Assembly (NCBI GenBank): GCA_001275005.1
Contig: JWZX01003304.1
Span: 1 to 32,670 of the forward strand
Reading direction: 5' to 3'
Length of the DNA: 32,670 nt
Origin: Chrysochromulina tobinii
Lineage: Eukaryota
Notes under the pieces: generated by a model
Told to the model about the DNA's origin: nothing
The model's input: the letters and a program-made list of their open reading frames with translations, nothing else
Database searches by the model: none
Translations under genes and position numbers: made by a program
Shown: one piece after another, positions 32,644 through 32,670 of the stretch
How the letters are laid out: the number at the start of each line of letters is the position of its first letter
How positions within the stretch are numbered: the stretch's first letter is position 1

Positions 32644-32670
32644 GGGGGGGGGGGGGGGGGGGGGGGGGGG
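32644..32670. repeat. Poly-G tract running off the window end
   Basis: 27 consecutive G. Shorter tracts are C13 at 17885-17897 and G14 at 24453-24466. Confidence 0.95.

Noticed and set aside
32644..32670. Terminal poly-G and initial (GCC)n as telomeric or functional ends
   Set aside because: Not telomere repeats. Genes are cut at both ends, consistent with assembly breaks at low-complexity tracts.

Overview
GC-rich, gene-dense eukaryotic nuclear DNA with short GT-AG spliceosomal introns. A haptophyte or similar alga with a complex plastid is my inference, based on a bipartite-like plastid presequence, strong GC3 bias and satellite-filled introns. The window holds about 12 protein genes: a 5'-truncated P5A ATPase, a multi-EF-hand protein, an EF-hand/CbbX-SpoVK-like AAA+ fusion, ornithine aminotransferase, a glutaminyl cyclase, a CLPTM1-family protein, a Q-rich orphan, a class-3 lipase, a metallophosphoesterase, DNA ligase IV, a fused glutamine-dependent carbamoyl-phosphate synthetase and the last exon of a low-complexity protein. 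I found no RNA genes, CRISPR arrays or transposases. The most striking signal is intron architecture. All six complete introns are phase 0 and five carry short tandem repeats. Three of them (OAT x2, CPS) are bounded by 16-21 nt direct duplications of the exon junction that contain CAG|G, and they are filled with sense-strand CTGATGA (branch-point-like) motifs. This suggests an active 'duplicate the junction, fill with branch-point satellite' route of intron creation. The CPS intron also has a regenerated internal CAG|GT site. Splice calls come from sequence and protein continuity only.
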